Assembly: GCA_023667245.1 (NCBI GenBank)
Contig: JAMPAL010000006.1
Coordinates: 50 to 64,049, forward strand
Direction: 5' to 3'
Source: Anaeroplasma bactoclasticum
GTDB lineage: Bacteria; Bacillota_I; Bacilli_A; ML615J-28; CAG-313
Length of the DNA: 64,000 bases
How positions within the stretch are numbered: position 1 is the stretch's first letter; every line of letters starts with the position of its first letter. Below, piece by piece: positions 19,745 to 29,177 of this stretch. The notes under the pieces were generated by a model. The model was not told the origin of the DNA, did not search any database, and saw only the letters and a program-made list of their open reading frames with translations. Position numbers and translations under genes: made by a program.

Positions 19745-20805
19745 GACCTAGCACCTCCTATGTTTTTGATCTTCATTTGTGTTTCGCCAACCAATTCTTC
19801 TAAAACATCTTCCATAGTAACTAGACCAATTAATTCATCGTTCTCATTCTTGACAATGGCCATATGGCTTTTTTTCGTCTTAAAAAGCGAAATGACATCA
19901 TCTAATGGTGTTGTATCACTTACAATGATAACTTCACTCATCGACTGCTTAATGGCTAATTTTTTAGATGACATGACAATTTTTAGAAATTTTCGAATAT
20001 TGAAAATACCGATAATATTATCCATATGATGAGAATATACAGGTATTCGTGTAAACTTGATATGATCTAAACTCTTGAGCAATTGTTCACGAGACAATTG
20101 TTTATAATCTAACGCTACAATTTTTTCTTTTGGTGTCATCACTGTTTTCACAGTAATATCATTAAAATCAATTGCAGCTTGTATAATATCTCCTTCTTCA
20201 CTATCAATTACACCATCATCTTCTACTGCCTCAACCAAGCCTTGAAATTCATCTTTACTGAGTGCACTTTCACCTTTATCCATTCGGAATATTTTTTTAA
20301 ATATCCATAATATAAAATTAAAAATTTGCATCAGCGGATACGTTAAAATATAAATCAAGTATAATGGATAACTCAATATTTGTGATACTTTATCTGCATT
20401 GGCTTTTGCAATATTCTTGGGTATCAGTTCACCAAACATAAACACAATCAATGTCATCACAACGGTTGAAAGTGTTGTAGCCAAAGCCTCATTTGTTGGA
20501 AGCAAGCTTACAGCAAGTATGGTTGCAATAGATGCGGAAGCAATGCGTAATACGTTATTTCCAATTAAAATCGTAATCAAAGATTGATCATATTTTTCTA
20601 GTATTCTCCATACTAGTTTTGCACTTTTGCTACCATTATCAGCTTTTGTTTTCATTCTTGTGCGATTACAACAAGTAAGCGCTGTCTCAACTCCTGAGAA
20701 AAAAGCACCACAGCATACCAAAAGTACAATTACCCCAATTAAAGCATAATTGGGCGTCACATTGGTTAAATTACCCAAACGCGACAAGGGGACCAGTGGA
20801 TCCAT
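19741..20805 (-). CDS. CNNM/CBS domain protein lacking the CorC_HlyC domain
   Basis: FFSGVETA, GELIPK, RIPVY, EDVLEELVG, then stop. Confidence 0.88.
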   Translation of the reverse strand: MDPLVPLSRLGNLTNVTPNYALIGVIVLLVCCGAFFSGVETALTCCNRTRMKTKADNGSKSAKLVWRILEKYDQSLITILIGNNVLRIASASIATILAVSLLPTNEALATTLSTVVMTLIVFMFGELIPKNIAKANADKVSQILSYPLYLIYILTYPLMQIFNFILWIFKKIFRMDKGESALSKDEFQGLVEAVEDDGVIDSEEGDIIQAAIDFNDITVKTVMTPKEKIVALDYKQLSREQLLKSLDHIKFTRIPVYSHHMDNIIGIFNIRKFLKIVMSSKKLAIKQSMSEVIIVSDTTPLDDVISLFKTKKSHMAIVKNENDELIGLVTMEDVLEELVGETQMKIKNIGGARS

Positions 20806-20903
20806 AAATTGTTTCATCTCCTTTTTTATAGTCTTTTTTGACTGCATTTTCAAACATTATATCAAGAAATTAAAAAATAGTCAACCATTATAAATTGTGT
20901 TCA

Positions 20904-20933
20904 AAAAATAGTCCCCTATTAGGGACTATTTTT
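20904..20933 (-). terminator. Terminator ending the tyrS...FTR gene run
   Basis: AAAATAGTCCC-CTATTA-GGGACTATTTT hairpin. Confidence 0.75.
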
Positions 20934-21141
20934 CTCTTTTATCCTCTACAATAGATGGTTTATCTTCAACAGACACAAAAAGACCACATTTACATTTTCC
21001 AGTTTCAATAAATTCATCACAAGGACACAAAGTTGTATCATCTGCTAATTTACGACATGGACAATGTCCATCTTTGCGCATCACCCCTTCTATGATGCGA
21101 AGCACAAAGTCTTTATTGGGATTGATTCGATATCCCTTCAT
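20926..21141 (-). CDS. Ferredoxin:thioredoxin reductase catalytic subunit-like protein
   Basis: CPC...CPC...CKCGLF motif series in 71 aa. Confidence 0.82.
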   Translation of the reverse strand: MKGYRINPNKDFVLRIIEGVMRKDGHCPCRKLADDTTLCPCDEFIETGKCKCGLFVSVEDKPSIVEDKREK

Positions 21142-21453
21142 TTATAGATACTCCTTTAATACCCGAATAATTTGATCTTTTTTAACATATCCATCAATAT
21201 GTCCAACCACTTTTCCGCCTTTAAAAAGCAACATTTCTGGATAAAATTCAATATGATATGCTTCTGCAACATCACTACTTGTTTCTGCATTTACTTTCAC
21301 AAATTTTACTTCTGGAAGTTCCTCACTGGCTTGTTGTAATTCTGGAACAAGCAGCTCACAATATCCACACCATTCGGTAAAAAAATCTACCAAAACTAAT
21401 CCTTCTTGTTGAAGAACTTCTTTTTCAAATTCTAAACTTTTAACAATTTTCAT
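21142..21453 (-). CDS. Thioredoxin family protein
   Basis: VLVDFFTEWCGYC active site, 103 aa. Confidence 0.9.
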   Translation of the reverse strand: MKIVKSLEFEKEVLQQEGLVLVDFFTEWCGYCELLVPELQQASEELPEVKFVKVNAETSSDVAEAYHIEFYPEMLLFKGGKVVGHIDGYVKKDQIIRVLKEYL

Positions 21454-21473
21454 TGTACACCTCTTTTATTATT

Positions 21474-24400
21474 TTATTCTGGTTTTCGTTTTTTCATTCC
21501 TAACGGAAATACCACAAATCCCCCTAAGCCAAACCATAAAATGCTAGTTGATTTGCAATTGGCACATCCTTTTTTTTGTCGAACTGCGAAATCATCCGAT
21601 ACAACTATTACCTTTTCACCTGAGGCATCTATTGCTTCCATCTCCAAATGAAATTCGCCAATTTCTGTTAAGGTTACGGTAAAGTTGGTATTCGAATCCA
21701 CATTTAATTTTATCTTTTTATTTTCACCTACTAGATAATAGACAATCAGTAGTTCTTCTTGATCAGGATCAACAGGTAGTATCGCTTGAACATTCATTTT
21801 ATCATTTACTTGATAGATGTGTTGATTGATTTGCAAACTTCCGCCTGTTGGTAAATGATTTTCATATAAACTAAATACATCCGATGAAAAAGTAACTACT
21901 TGCTGAACTGTAATGATTTCCATTGTAAGTTGGCAATGCTCTGACACATTTTGTGTCAACCATTGAGGTTGAAAAGCATATGACGATAATTGCGAAGGAT
22001 GAATCAAATAGGATTGATTATCCATCAGGAAATAATAATTCACTTTATACGATTCCTCTATCACTGGTAATGTATAGTCTACCATAATGGTAGCTGTTCG
22101 CGCAAATCGATAACCAGAAATAGATACTTTACCACCTGTAATTGGTATAACTTTTTCAATAGAAAAGGGTTCTGATTGGGAGATAGTTGTTTTTCTACCA
22201 TTACTTGTAAGACATTTGATAAAAGCATGTGTGGAAGTTACATTTGGAGCATACACTTCAAACATATGATTTTCTCCTGACAAAAAGTCTTCTGTAATAT
22301 CCACTTCCATTTCGTCTATTACCAAAAAAACTTGATAAGTCAAAGGGTAACCTTGAGAATCCATTCCCTCAGTATATGTAATGGATATCTTTCCACTTCC
22401 AAAATAAGCCATTTTATCTACTTCAAAGGTAGGTGATATAGGCGAAGCAACCATAGTTAAATCAAAAGAAGGAGAATAACAATCTGTTGTCATATCCTGA
22501 TCAGTTAATACTACCTTGATTTGACAATCCCTCTCTTCATAATAATAACTTTTCCATTCAAAATGGACTTGATTTTCTTTCAGCTCTATTTGAGGTGTAA
22601 TCTTGGTTTCTAACCCAGATTGGTATAAATAAAAAGTATAGTCTACTTGATCTTGATTGGGATCAGTAGGTATATCAAAAGATCCTTTTAAAATGCTTCC
22701 ACAAATCACTTCCTGATTAGGTAATACATCTAATGTGATTTCTACTGGATAGGGAGCTTGATTGATTACTTTTGTTTCTAGCGCAAGTAGCGTTGGCGTA
22801 TCACTGATGTGTCCTAAACGTGAAATAGGAAGAATATAATAATCTTTTTCTACATCTTCAGTACCTAAAGAAACCAATTTCATTTGGCCTTCCTCATATC
22901 CAGCATATATAACATCTGTACGATATTCAATTTGATGCGCATCAAATGGCATACCTTTTGGTACTTGATAAATACCATAAGCTGCTACATTGGGAATGGT
23001 TGCAAATTGCAAACTCAATTCACCATTTGAGTTTTCTTTTAGCTGATAGGTATCCACCTTTAATCCTGTTGCATCATACGCTCCTATCGGAAGAGGATAC
23101 ACTGGTGCTTGCCAAAGATCTTTCATTTGTTTCATTGCGTTTTTTCTCACATTTTCAGCATTAGGATAGGTTTGTGTCAAATCCGATCCCAAAATACGAT
23201 ACAATAACTCATATGAATAAACCGCTGAACCTTGGATAACAGGGTAGTGTCTTGTATATTTAATTTGATCAATAATTTCTGCAGAACGATAAAATTGGTC
23301 TGGAGCATCGCGATATTTATAAATACCATGAGCAATATATAACCGGATATCTGCAAGACCATCTTTCCTTCTTTTGGTATTAACTGCTTCTACTTGTTCT
23401 GCCCACCAATCTACAATATCCGCAAAAGGAGCATATTCATCTTCAAAAGAATAATACACTTGTGGAGCCACCCAGTCTACTAATCCCTCTTTGACCCATT
23501 GCAAGGAATCAGCATATAAATCTGCATATGTGCTATAAGCTCCTTCTGCAGTATTCGAACCAAATGGATCACAACGATGTGAACCAGCACTACAATATTC
23601 TGAATTAGAACGCCAAACTGCGGCAGGCTTTGTTCCAAATTCAACATAAGTGTGTTCTCTTGCGTTATATTCATCTATTTTTTTTCGAATATTGCGCATC
23701 ATATTGTTGATATTTTCTCTTCGAAAATCACCGAGATTCAGTCCTGCAGGAATACCATAATAACCATCTTGACCAAATACATCTTGACCATAATGCGTAG
23801 GATCTTGTTGATAGGCTAGATAATTGGGCCAATCGTTCATGATTTCTGGGCCTGATACAGTATAAGAATCATATCCCGCAAAATTACTATTGGTCGTATC
23901 ACTTGAAGTGAAACTATCTAAATAAAAATAATCATCAAAATGAAGACCATCTACATCATAATGTTCTACAATTTCCATAATCGTATCCACAATAAATTTT
24001 TGAACAGCGGGTTCACTTGGATTTAAAATTAATTTTTCATCATATAAACCAGCCACAACATATTCAGGATGTGCTTTGGCAAAATTGCCATCTGCTAGAC
24101 GATTGAGTGTATTGAGTTTCATTTGTACCAACTCTTTTACGGATTTAGAAACAGCTTTGCCATTTGTAACATAACTTTCAGTCGTAACCCGAAAAGCATT
24201 CATCCAACACATAAATCGAAATCCACGTTTGTGCGTTTCTTCAATCATCCATGTTAGCGGATCCCAACCTGGGTCAACACCTTCTCCTACTAAAAATTTA
24301 CTCCACGGGTTTAAATGAGATTGATAAAATGCATCATTGCATGGTCGAACTTGGAAAAACAAAGTATTCATCCCGAATGCTTCCATCCGATCTAAAATCT

Positions 24401-24695
24401 CCTGAAATTCTTGTTGATACTGGGCAATAGCACCTTCTCCTAGACCATTTTGTTTGGATATTGCAATATTATAGACAGTGGCTACCCATACACCACGCAT
24501 TTCTGATTCGACGGGCGCATACTCATCTAAAATGGTCACATATTCATGTGTCCCATAATGTGTGACTCCCCCAGGATGTTTGGCAGTGATTACCTTGTGC
24601 TCACCATCTGGAATAGCCGCAGTGCTAGGATTAGCTATACAAACGATACAACCTATTCCTATCATCAATAAGATTGCTATCACATATTTCTTCAC
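21474..24695 (-). CDS. GHL10 (YngK/YddW-like) glycoside hydrolase, surface-anchored
   Basis: Signal peptide; EMRGVWVATVYN, FQVRP, DGLHFDDYFY, PQVY; C-terminal beta-rich repeats, TM segment and basic tail. Confidence 0.85.
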   Translation of the reverse strand: MKKYVIAILLMIGIGCIVCIANPSTAAIPDGEHKVITAKHPGGVTHYGTHEYVTILDEYAPVESEMRGVWVATVYNIAISKQNGLGEGAIAQYQQEFQEILDRMEAFGMNTLFFQVRPCNDAFYQSHLNPWSKFLVGEGVDPGWDPLTWMIEETHKRGFRFMCWMNAFRVTTESYVTNGKAVSKSVKELVQMKLNTLNRLADGNFAKAHPEYVVAGLYDEKLILNPSEPAVQKFIVDTIMEIVEHYDVDGLHFDDYFYLDSFTSSDTTNSNFAGYDSYTVSGPEIMNDWPNYLAYQQDPTHYGQDVFGQDGYYGIPAGLNLGDFRRENINNMMRNIRKKIDEYNAREHTYVEFGTKPAAVWRSNSEYCSAGSHRCDPFGSNTAEGAYSTYADLYADSLQWVKEGLVDWVAPQVYYSFEDEYAPFADIVDWWAEQVEAVNTKRRKDGLADIRLYIAHGIYKYRDAPDQFYRSAEIIDQIKYTRHYPVIQGSAVYSYELLYRILGSDLTQTYPNAENVRKNAMKQMKDLWQAPVYPLPIGAYDATGLKVDTYQLKENSNGELSLQFATIPNVAAYGIYQVPKGMPFDAHQIEYRTDVIYAGYEEGQMKLVSLGTEDVEKDYYILPISRLGHISDTPTLLALETKVINQAPYPVEITLDVLPNQEVICGSILKGSFDIPTDPNQDQVDYTFYLYQSGLETKITPQIELKENQVHFEWKSYYYEERDCQIKVVLTDQDMTTDCYSPSFDLTMVASPISPTFEVDKMAYFGSGKISITYTEGMDSQGYPLTYQVFLVIDEMEVDITEDFLSGENHMFEVYAPNVTSTHAFIKCLTSNGRKTTISQSEPFSIEKVIPITGGKVSISGYRFARTATIMVDYTLPVIEESYKVNYYFLMDNQSYLIHPSQLSSYAFQPQWLTQNVSEHCQLTMEIITVQQVVTFSSDVFSLYENHLPTGGSLQINQHIYQVNDKMNVQAILPVDPDQEELLIVYYLVGENKKIKLNVDSNTNFTVTLTEIGEFHLEMEAIDASGEKVIVVSDDFAVRQKKGCANCKSTSILWFGLGGFVVFPLGMKKRKPE

Positions 24696-24696
24696 C

Positions 24697-25383
24697 TTAT
24701 AATGACTCCTTTACAATCATCTTATGGTAATCCACAATATTGAAGCATTCTGCGTATTGCTTTTTAGCGAGTGCTCCTCTACATCTCGCTAAAGATGTAT
24801 AATAATCATAATATTTAAAATCCCGACTATTCATCACAAACCAGTGCTCATGAAGCGCTTTACACCAAAGATCAAATCCCTTGGTAATATCTACATAAAT
24901 GTAAGGATCAAAATCATGATCATCTTCCCAATTTTCACAAAAGTAAACTGGAGCATAATGACGTTTTCCTTCTGTATTTCCAACTACACCTGCTAGAAAT
25001 TGCGCATCTTGAACAATTTGATGCGTAGCATGATGATCCTTATGCATCTTGGAATGCCAGTGCGTCACAATAATATCTGGTCGATATTGAACAATAATTT
25101 CTGCTACTTCTCTTCTCACTTCTTCCGTGTTAGGTAGTTCACCATCTGCATATTGGAGTACAATTGCTTCTCCATTCATCATTTCCATAAAGCGCTTAGC
25201 CTCGCTTATTTTTTGTTCTCTATATTCTGCAATAGTCAAATGTGCAGGATTTCCTCTTTCTCCTGCGGTGAGCGCAAGTGTAATATTTTTTCCCCCATCT
25301 AATGCATTGGTTGCCATAAGACCACCAGCTGTCAATTCCATATCCCCGATATGACCACCAATAGCCAAAATTGTTTTTCCCAT
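24697..25383 (-). CDS. PIG-L family N-deacetylase
   Basis: GGHIGDME, PDIIVTH, HKDH motifs. Confidence 0.85.
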   Translation of the reverse strand: MGKTILAIGGHIGDMELTAGGLMATNALDGGKNITLALTAGERGNPAHLTIAEYREQKISEAKRFMEMMNGEAIVLQYADGELPNTEEVRREVAEIIVQYRPDIIVTHWHSKMHKDHHATHQIVQDAQFLAGVVGNTEGKRHYAPVYFCENWEDDHDFDPYIYVDITKGFDLWCKALHEHWFVMNSRDFKYYDYYTSLARCRGALAKKQYAECFNIVDYHKMIVKESL

Positions 25384-25407
25384 ACGTTTCTCCTTATGAT
25401 AATTTGA

Positions 25408-26478
25408 TTATAATTTTTGGTAATTTGCCATTACATAATTGGCAATTCGACCACGTACATCTATATGCTTCGTATTATCCCTTGTTGGATGCACTCGGTT
25501 TGTCAATAAACAAAAACCAATGCCGTGTATACGATCAATAAAGATGCTTGTTCCTGTAAATCCAGTATGATGAATGGTTTCTGGACTCGTTAAATCCCCA
25601 TTAGGTCCACCTAATCCTCCTACCATCCAACCTAGTGAGCGAATCACTTCATGAAGTGCTACTCCTTGATGCATTTCTACTTCTGGTTGGAATAGTCGAT
25701 CAATTGTTCGTGGATTTAAAATCGTTTTTCCTTGATACATTCCTTGATTGAGAATCATTTGTATAAAATGAGAACAGTCTTCAATGGTTGAAAATAATCC
25801 CGCATGCCCTGCAACCCCGCCTAATAAATAAGCCGTTTCGTCATGTACCACTCCTCTTTGTATACCTTGGTATAAAGCATTGTTGCGATACTCGGTTGGT
25901 GCACATCTTTCTTTTTGTTGTGGAGTATATCCTGTATCGGTCATATCAAGTGGTGCAAAAATATGTTGCTCCGTATACACGTTTAAAGGCATTCCGGTGA
26001 TGACTTCGACAATTTTACCTAATAAAATAAAACCGATATCTGAATAATGGATTTTCATGCCCGTTTCATAACTTAATTGTGTTTCATAAATTTGTTGCCA
26101 CACCTCATCTGCACCTTGCATCTTCATCAATCCTTTTACGCCTTCTGGAAGACCAGATGTATGCGTTAATAAATGCCATATCGTAATAGAGTCATACTGG
26201 AATTTTGGCAAATACGTTTTAACCTTTGTTTGTAAACGCAAACGCCCCTGTTCCAATAACTGTAAGACTGCTGTAGTAGTTGCAACAACTTTTGATAACG
26301 AAGCCATATCATAAATGGTATCTATTGTATTTTCTTCTACTTCTGGTAGAATTGATCGCTTGCCAACACTACCCAATAGGACTCGGTCAGGAAAGACAAG
26401 GGCATAATTAGCACCAGGAATTTGGCTCTGCTCGATTTCTTGCGCAATCAACTGATTGAGTTTTTCTAAACTATCCAT
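25408..26478 (-). CDS. Serine hydrolase, beta-lactamase-like (AmiE/YbbE-like)
   Basis: ASLSK (SxxK), LLTHTSG, YSD, VHDE, GHAGLF, HTGFTG. Confidence 0.88.
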   Translation of the reverse strand: MDSLEKLNQLIAQEIEQSQIPGANYALVFPDRVLLGSVGKRSILPEVEENTIDTIYDMASLSKVVATTTAVLQLLEQGRLRLQTKVKTYLPKFQYDSITIWHLLTHTSGLPEGVKGLMKMQGADEVWQQIYETQLSYETGMKIHYSDIGFILLGKIVEVITGMPLNVYTEQHIFAPLDMTDTGYTPQQKERCAPTEYRNNALYQGIQRGVVHDETAYLLGGVAGHAGLFSTIEDCSHFIQMILNQGMYQGKTILNPRTIDRLFQPEVEMHQGVALHEVIRSLGWMVGGLGGPNGDLTSPETIHHTGFTGTSIFIDRIHGIGFCLLTNRVHPTRDNTKHIDVRGRIANYVMANYQKL

Positions 26479-26487
26479 ACATCCACC

Positions 26488-27720
26488 TTATTGATGTACA
26501 ATGAGGAAATAATTTTTCTTTCCCCGACGAATCACTGTATAAGTCTCTCCAATAGCTCCTTGTTTTGTGATGAGGGCATCCAATGATTTGTTTTGCACCC
26601 CATTTACGACTACACCGCCACCTTGGATAAAATCTCTTGCTTCTCGTTTGGAAGAAGCAGCTTTGGTTAAAACTAGGGCATCAATTAAAGATACATCTGT
26701 ATCTAGACAAATGGTAGGTACACCTTCAAATCCCATAGCAATTTCTTCTTTGGTTAAATCAGCGATTTTACCACTAAATAAAGCCTCACTTAATTTCAAC
26801 GCTTGTTGATAAGCGGCTTCGCCATGAATCATTGTTGTCATTTCCTTAGCTAAAGCTTTTTGTGCTTTTCTAAGATGTGGTTCTTCTTGGAATGAAACCT
26901 CTAAGGCCTCTATTTCTTCTTTTGTTAAGAAAGTAAATTGTTTTAACTCACGAATAACATCGTTATCTGGTGTGTTAATCCAAAACTGATAAAAAGCATA
27001 TGGTGTGGTTTTTTCAGCATCTAGCCAAATTGCTCCACCTTCAGTTTTACCAAACTTTGTGCCATCGCTTTTGGTAAATAGCGGAACCGTAACTCCATAA
27101 GCCTCTGCTTCTGTACCATGAAGTTTACGAATCAACTCCAAACCTGAGGTGATATTTCCCCATTGATCTTGTCCACCAATTTGAAGTGTACAATGATGAT
27201 GCGCAAATAGATGCTCAAAATCAAGTGCTTGTAAGATTTGGTAGGAAAATTCTGTATAAGATATTCCACTATCTAGGCGTGATTTAACCGTTTCTTTGTT
27301 AATCATATAATTGACATTAAAGAACTTTCCATAATGTCTTAAGAAAGTCAATACATCAATATTATGGGTCCAATCATAATTGTTCACCATATCGCAACAA
27401 AACAATCGTTTGGCTTGTTCATACAGACAAGTTGCATTATGATCTAGTTGTTCTTTTGTCAATAGTTTTCTTTCAGCTGTAGGCTTAGGGTCTCCAATAC
27501 TACCTGTTGCTCCACCAATTAAAATAATTGGATGATTTCCTTTGGCCTCTAATCGTTTTGCAAAGATAAAGACCAATAGGTGTCCTACATGTAAACTATC
27601 CCCTGTTGGGTCCGTACCTAAATAAAATGTCAATTCTCCTTTGTTTATTTTATCAATGACAGCTTCGTCTGTAATGTTGTGAATCAAACCACGCCATTTT
27701 AATTCTTCAAATAAATTCAT
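26488..27720 (-). CDS. tyrS: Tyrosine--tRNA ligase
   Basis: GTDPTGDSLHVGH, QIGGQDQWGNI, KFGKT, C-terminal S4 domain. Confidence 0.97.
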   Translation of the reverse strand: MNLFEELKWRGLIHNITDEAVIDKINKGELTFYLGTDPTGDSLHVGHLLVFIFAKRLEAKGNHPIILIGGATGSIGDPKPTAERKLLTKEQLDHNATCLYEQAKRLFCCDMVNNYDWTHNIDVLTFLRHYGKFFNVNYMINKETVKSRLDSGISYTEFSYQILQALDFEHLFAHHHCTLQIGGQDQWGNITSGLELIRKLHGTEAEAYGVTVPLFTKSDGTKFGKTEGGAIWLDAEKTTPYAFYQFWINTPDNDVIRELKQFTFLTKEEIEALEVSFQEEPHLRKAQKALAKEMTTMIHGEAAYQQALKLSEALFSGKIADLTKEEIAMGFEGVPTICLDTDVSLIDALVLTKAASSKREARDFIQGGGVVVNGVQNKSLDALITKQGAIGETYTVIRRGKKNYFLIVHQ

Positions 27721-27744
27721 TGTTATTTCCTCCTCTATTTATAA

Positions 27745-27980
27745 AAAAATGTCCCTAAAACACAAATGATCGGAAAAGTCAATTTTTCCACCTATCACTG
27801 GTTTTAAGGACGAAACATAGGTTCCGCGGTACCACCTTAATTCAAAAAAGGGATTCCTTTTTTGCACTTTCTTATGTGGGTAACTCATTGTTTACCGATA
27901 ATTGTAATTCATATATTTCATTGTTTACTCTTTCACCAACCGAGTAATTCTCTACATTTTCCATAAATATACTACTATTG
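27745..27980 (-). ncRNA. T-box riboswitch leader (Tyr)
   Basis: AGAGA and GGTGAAA stem I elements; specifier GAAT-TAC-A (UAC at 27904-27906); T-box AAGGTGGTACCGCGG...TTTCGTCCTT; terminator GTCCTTAAAAC...GTTTTAGGGAC followed by a T-run. Confidence 0.92.
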
Positions 27981-27985
27981 TAAAT

Positions 27986-29059
27986 CTATTTTGTAGATTG
28001 TCTCCATACAATACTATAATCTACATTTTTATTAATTTCAATCTCAGCTTGTTCCATTTCCTCTTTATCTGGATCATCGTAATAACTATCTTCTAACTCA
28101 GCTTGATGCATCAAATCGGTTAACATATCCATAGCTACTTCTCCTATTTCATAAATAGGTGTATTGATGCATGTCAATGTTGGACGAGATAGTTCTGCAT
28201 ATTTTGTATTTTGAAAACCAATGACCTGAAGATCATCTGGTATAGCAATGTGTAAACTTCTTGCCACATTGATAAATGAAACCGCCATGGAGTCACGAAC
28301 AACCAAAGCCACCTCAGGATGTTCTTGTTCCAAAATTTCCCGATAAGCGATTTCATTGAGATGGGTCTTTCCAGAAACATTAATGATACGTGGTTCAAGA
28401 CCTGCTTCTCTCATTGCGGCCTCATACCCTTCTACTTTTAAATCATTTACTGCATACTTTCGAATGGTTGAAATAATCCATATACGTTTATTGCCCCTTT
28501 TAATCATCTCTTTGGTCATTTCATAAGCGGCCTTTTTATAATCAATTGCTACATAGGGTATTTCTAAATCGCGACAAATACTATTGGTCAGTACAACGCT
28601 TACACTAGAATCTTTGATAATTTGAATATATTCTTCAGCAATTTCATCATTGATATACAAAATACCATCTACACCTGATGATAAAACAGTACGCCATAAT
28701 TCTTGTTCTTGTACAACTGGATGATCTGTGCTATTGCTATCATTTACAAATAACCGGAGCAAATAACCCCTACGAGCTGCTGTTGAGGCAATACCATCAA
28801 CCATACCCGCAATAGAACTACGTGTTAATTCTGGAACAACTACCGCAACGGTTGTTGATCTAGAACTGGCAAGACCTTTGGCGTTCAAGTTAGGTTTATA
28901 TCCTAATTCTTTAATAATTTTTTCAATTCTTTCACGTGTTGCTGGCTTTACTTTTTCTGGATGATTCAAAACTCTTGATACAGTAGCCAGTGATACACCT
29001 GCTGCCCCTGCAACGTCATAAATCTTATTTGGACTTGTACGTCTATCACCTTTCATCAT
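27986..29059 (-). CDS. ccpA: LacI family regulator, CcpA-like
   Basis: IYDVA..AGVSLATVSRVLN, YKPN..AKGLAS; murC-ccpA-tyrS order as in Bacillus. Confidence 0.75.
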   Translation of the reverse strand: MMKGDRRTSPNKIYDVAGAAGVSLATVSRVLNHPEKVKPATRERIEKIIKELGYKPNLNAKGLASSRSTTVAVVVPELTRSSIAGMVDGIASTAARRGYLLRLFVNDSNSTDHPVVQEQELWRTVLSSGVDGILYINDEIAEEYIQIIKDSSVSVVLTNSICRDLEIPYVAIDYKKAAYEMTKEMIKRGNKRIWIISTIRKYAVNDLKVEGYEAAMREAGLEPRIINVSGKTHLNEIAYREILEQEHPEVALVVRDSMAVSFINVARSLHIAIPDDLQVIGFQNTKYAELSRPTLTCINTPIYEIGEVAMDMLTDLMHQAELEDSYYDDPDKEEMEQAEIEINKNVDYSIVWRQSTK

Positions 29060-29177
29060 CTTACCTCATTTCTATATTCTTCCGTTTTATTATACCACAA
29101 ATCGGACAAAATATCAATAGAATTTGCAAACTTTTATGAAAATTTATTGAGTCCTTTTCATAACGCTTTAACCTAAA

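Noticed and set aside
25408-26478. Beta-lactam resistance gene
   Set aside because: No signal peptide; motifs fit cytoplasmic AmiE/esterase-type serine hydrolases.
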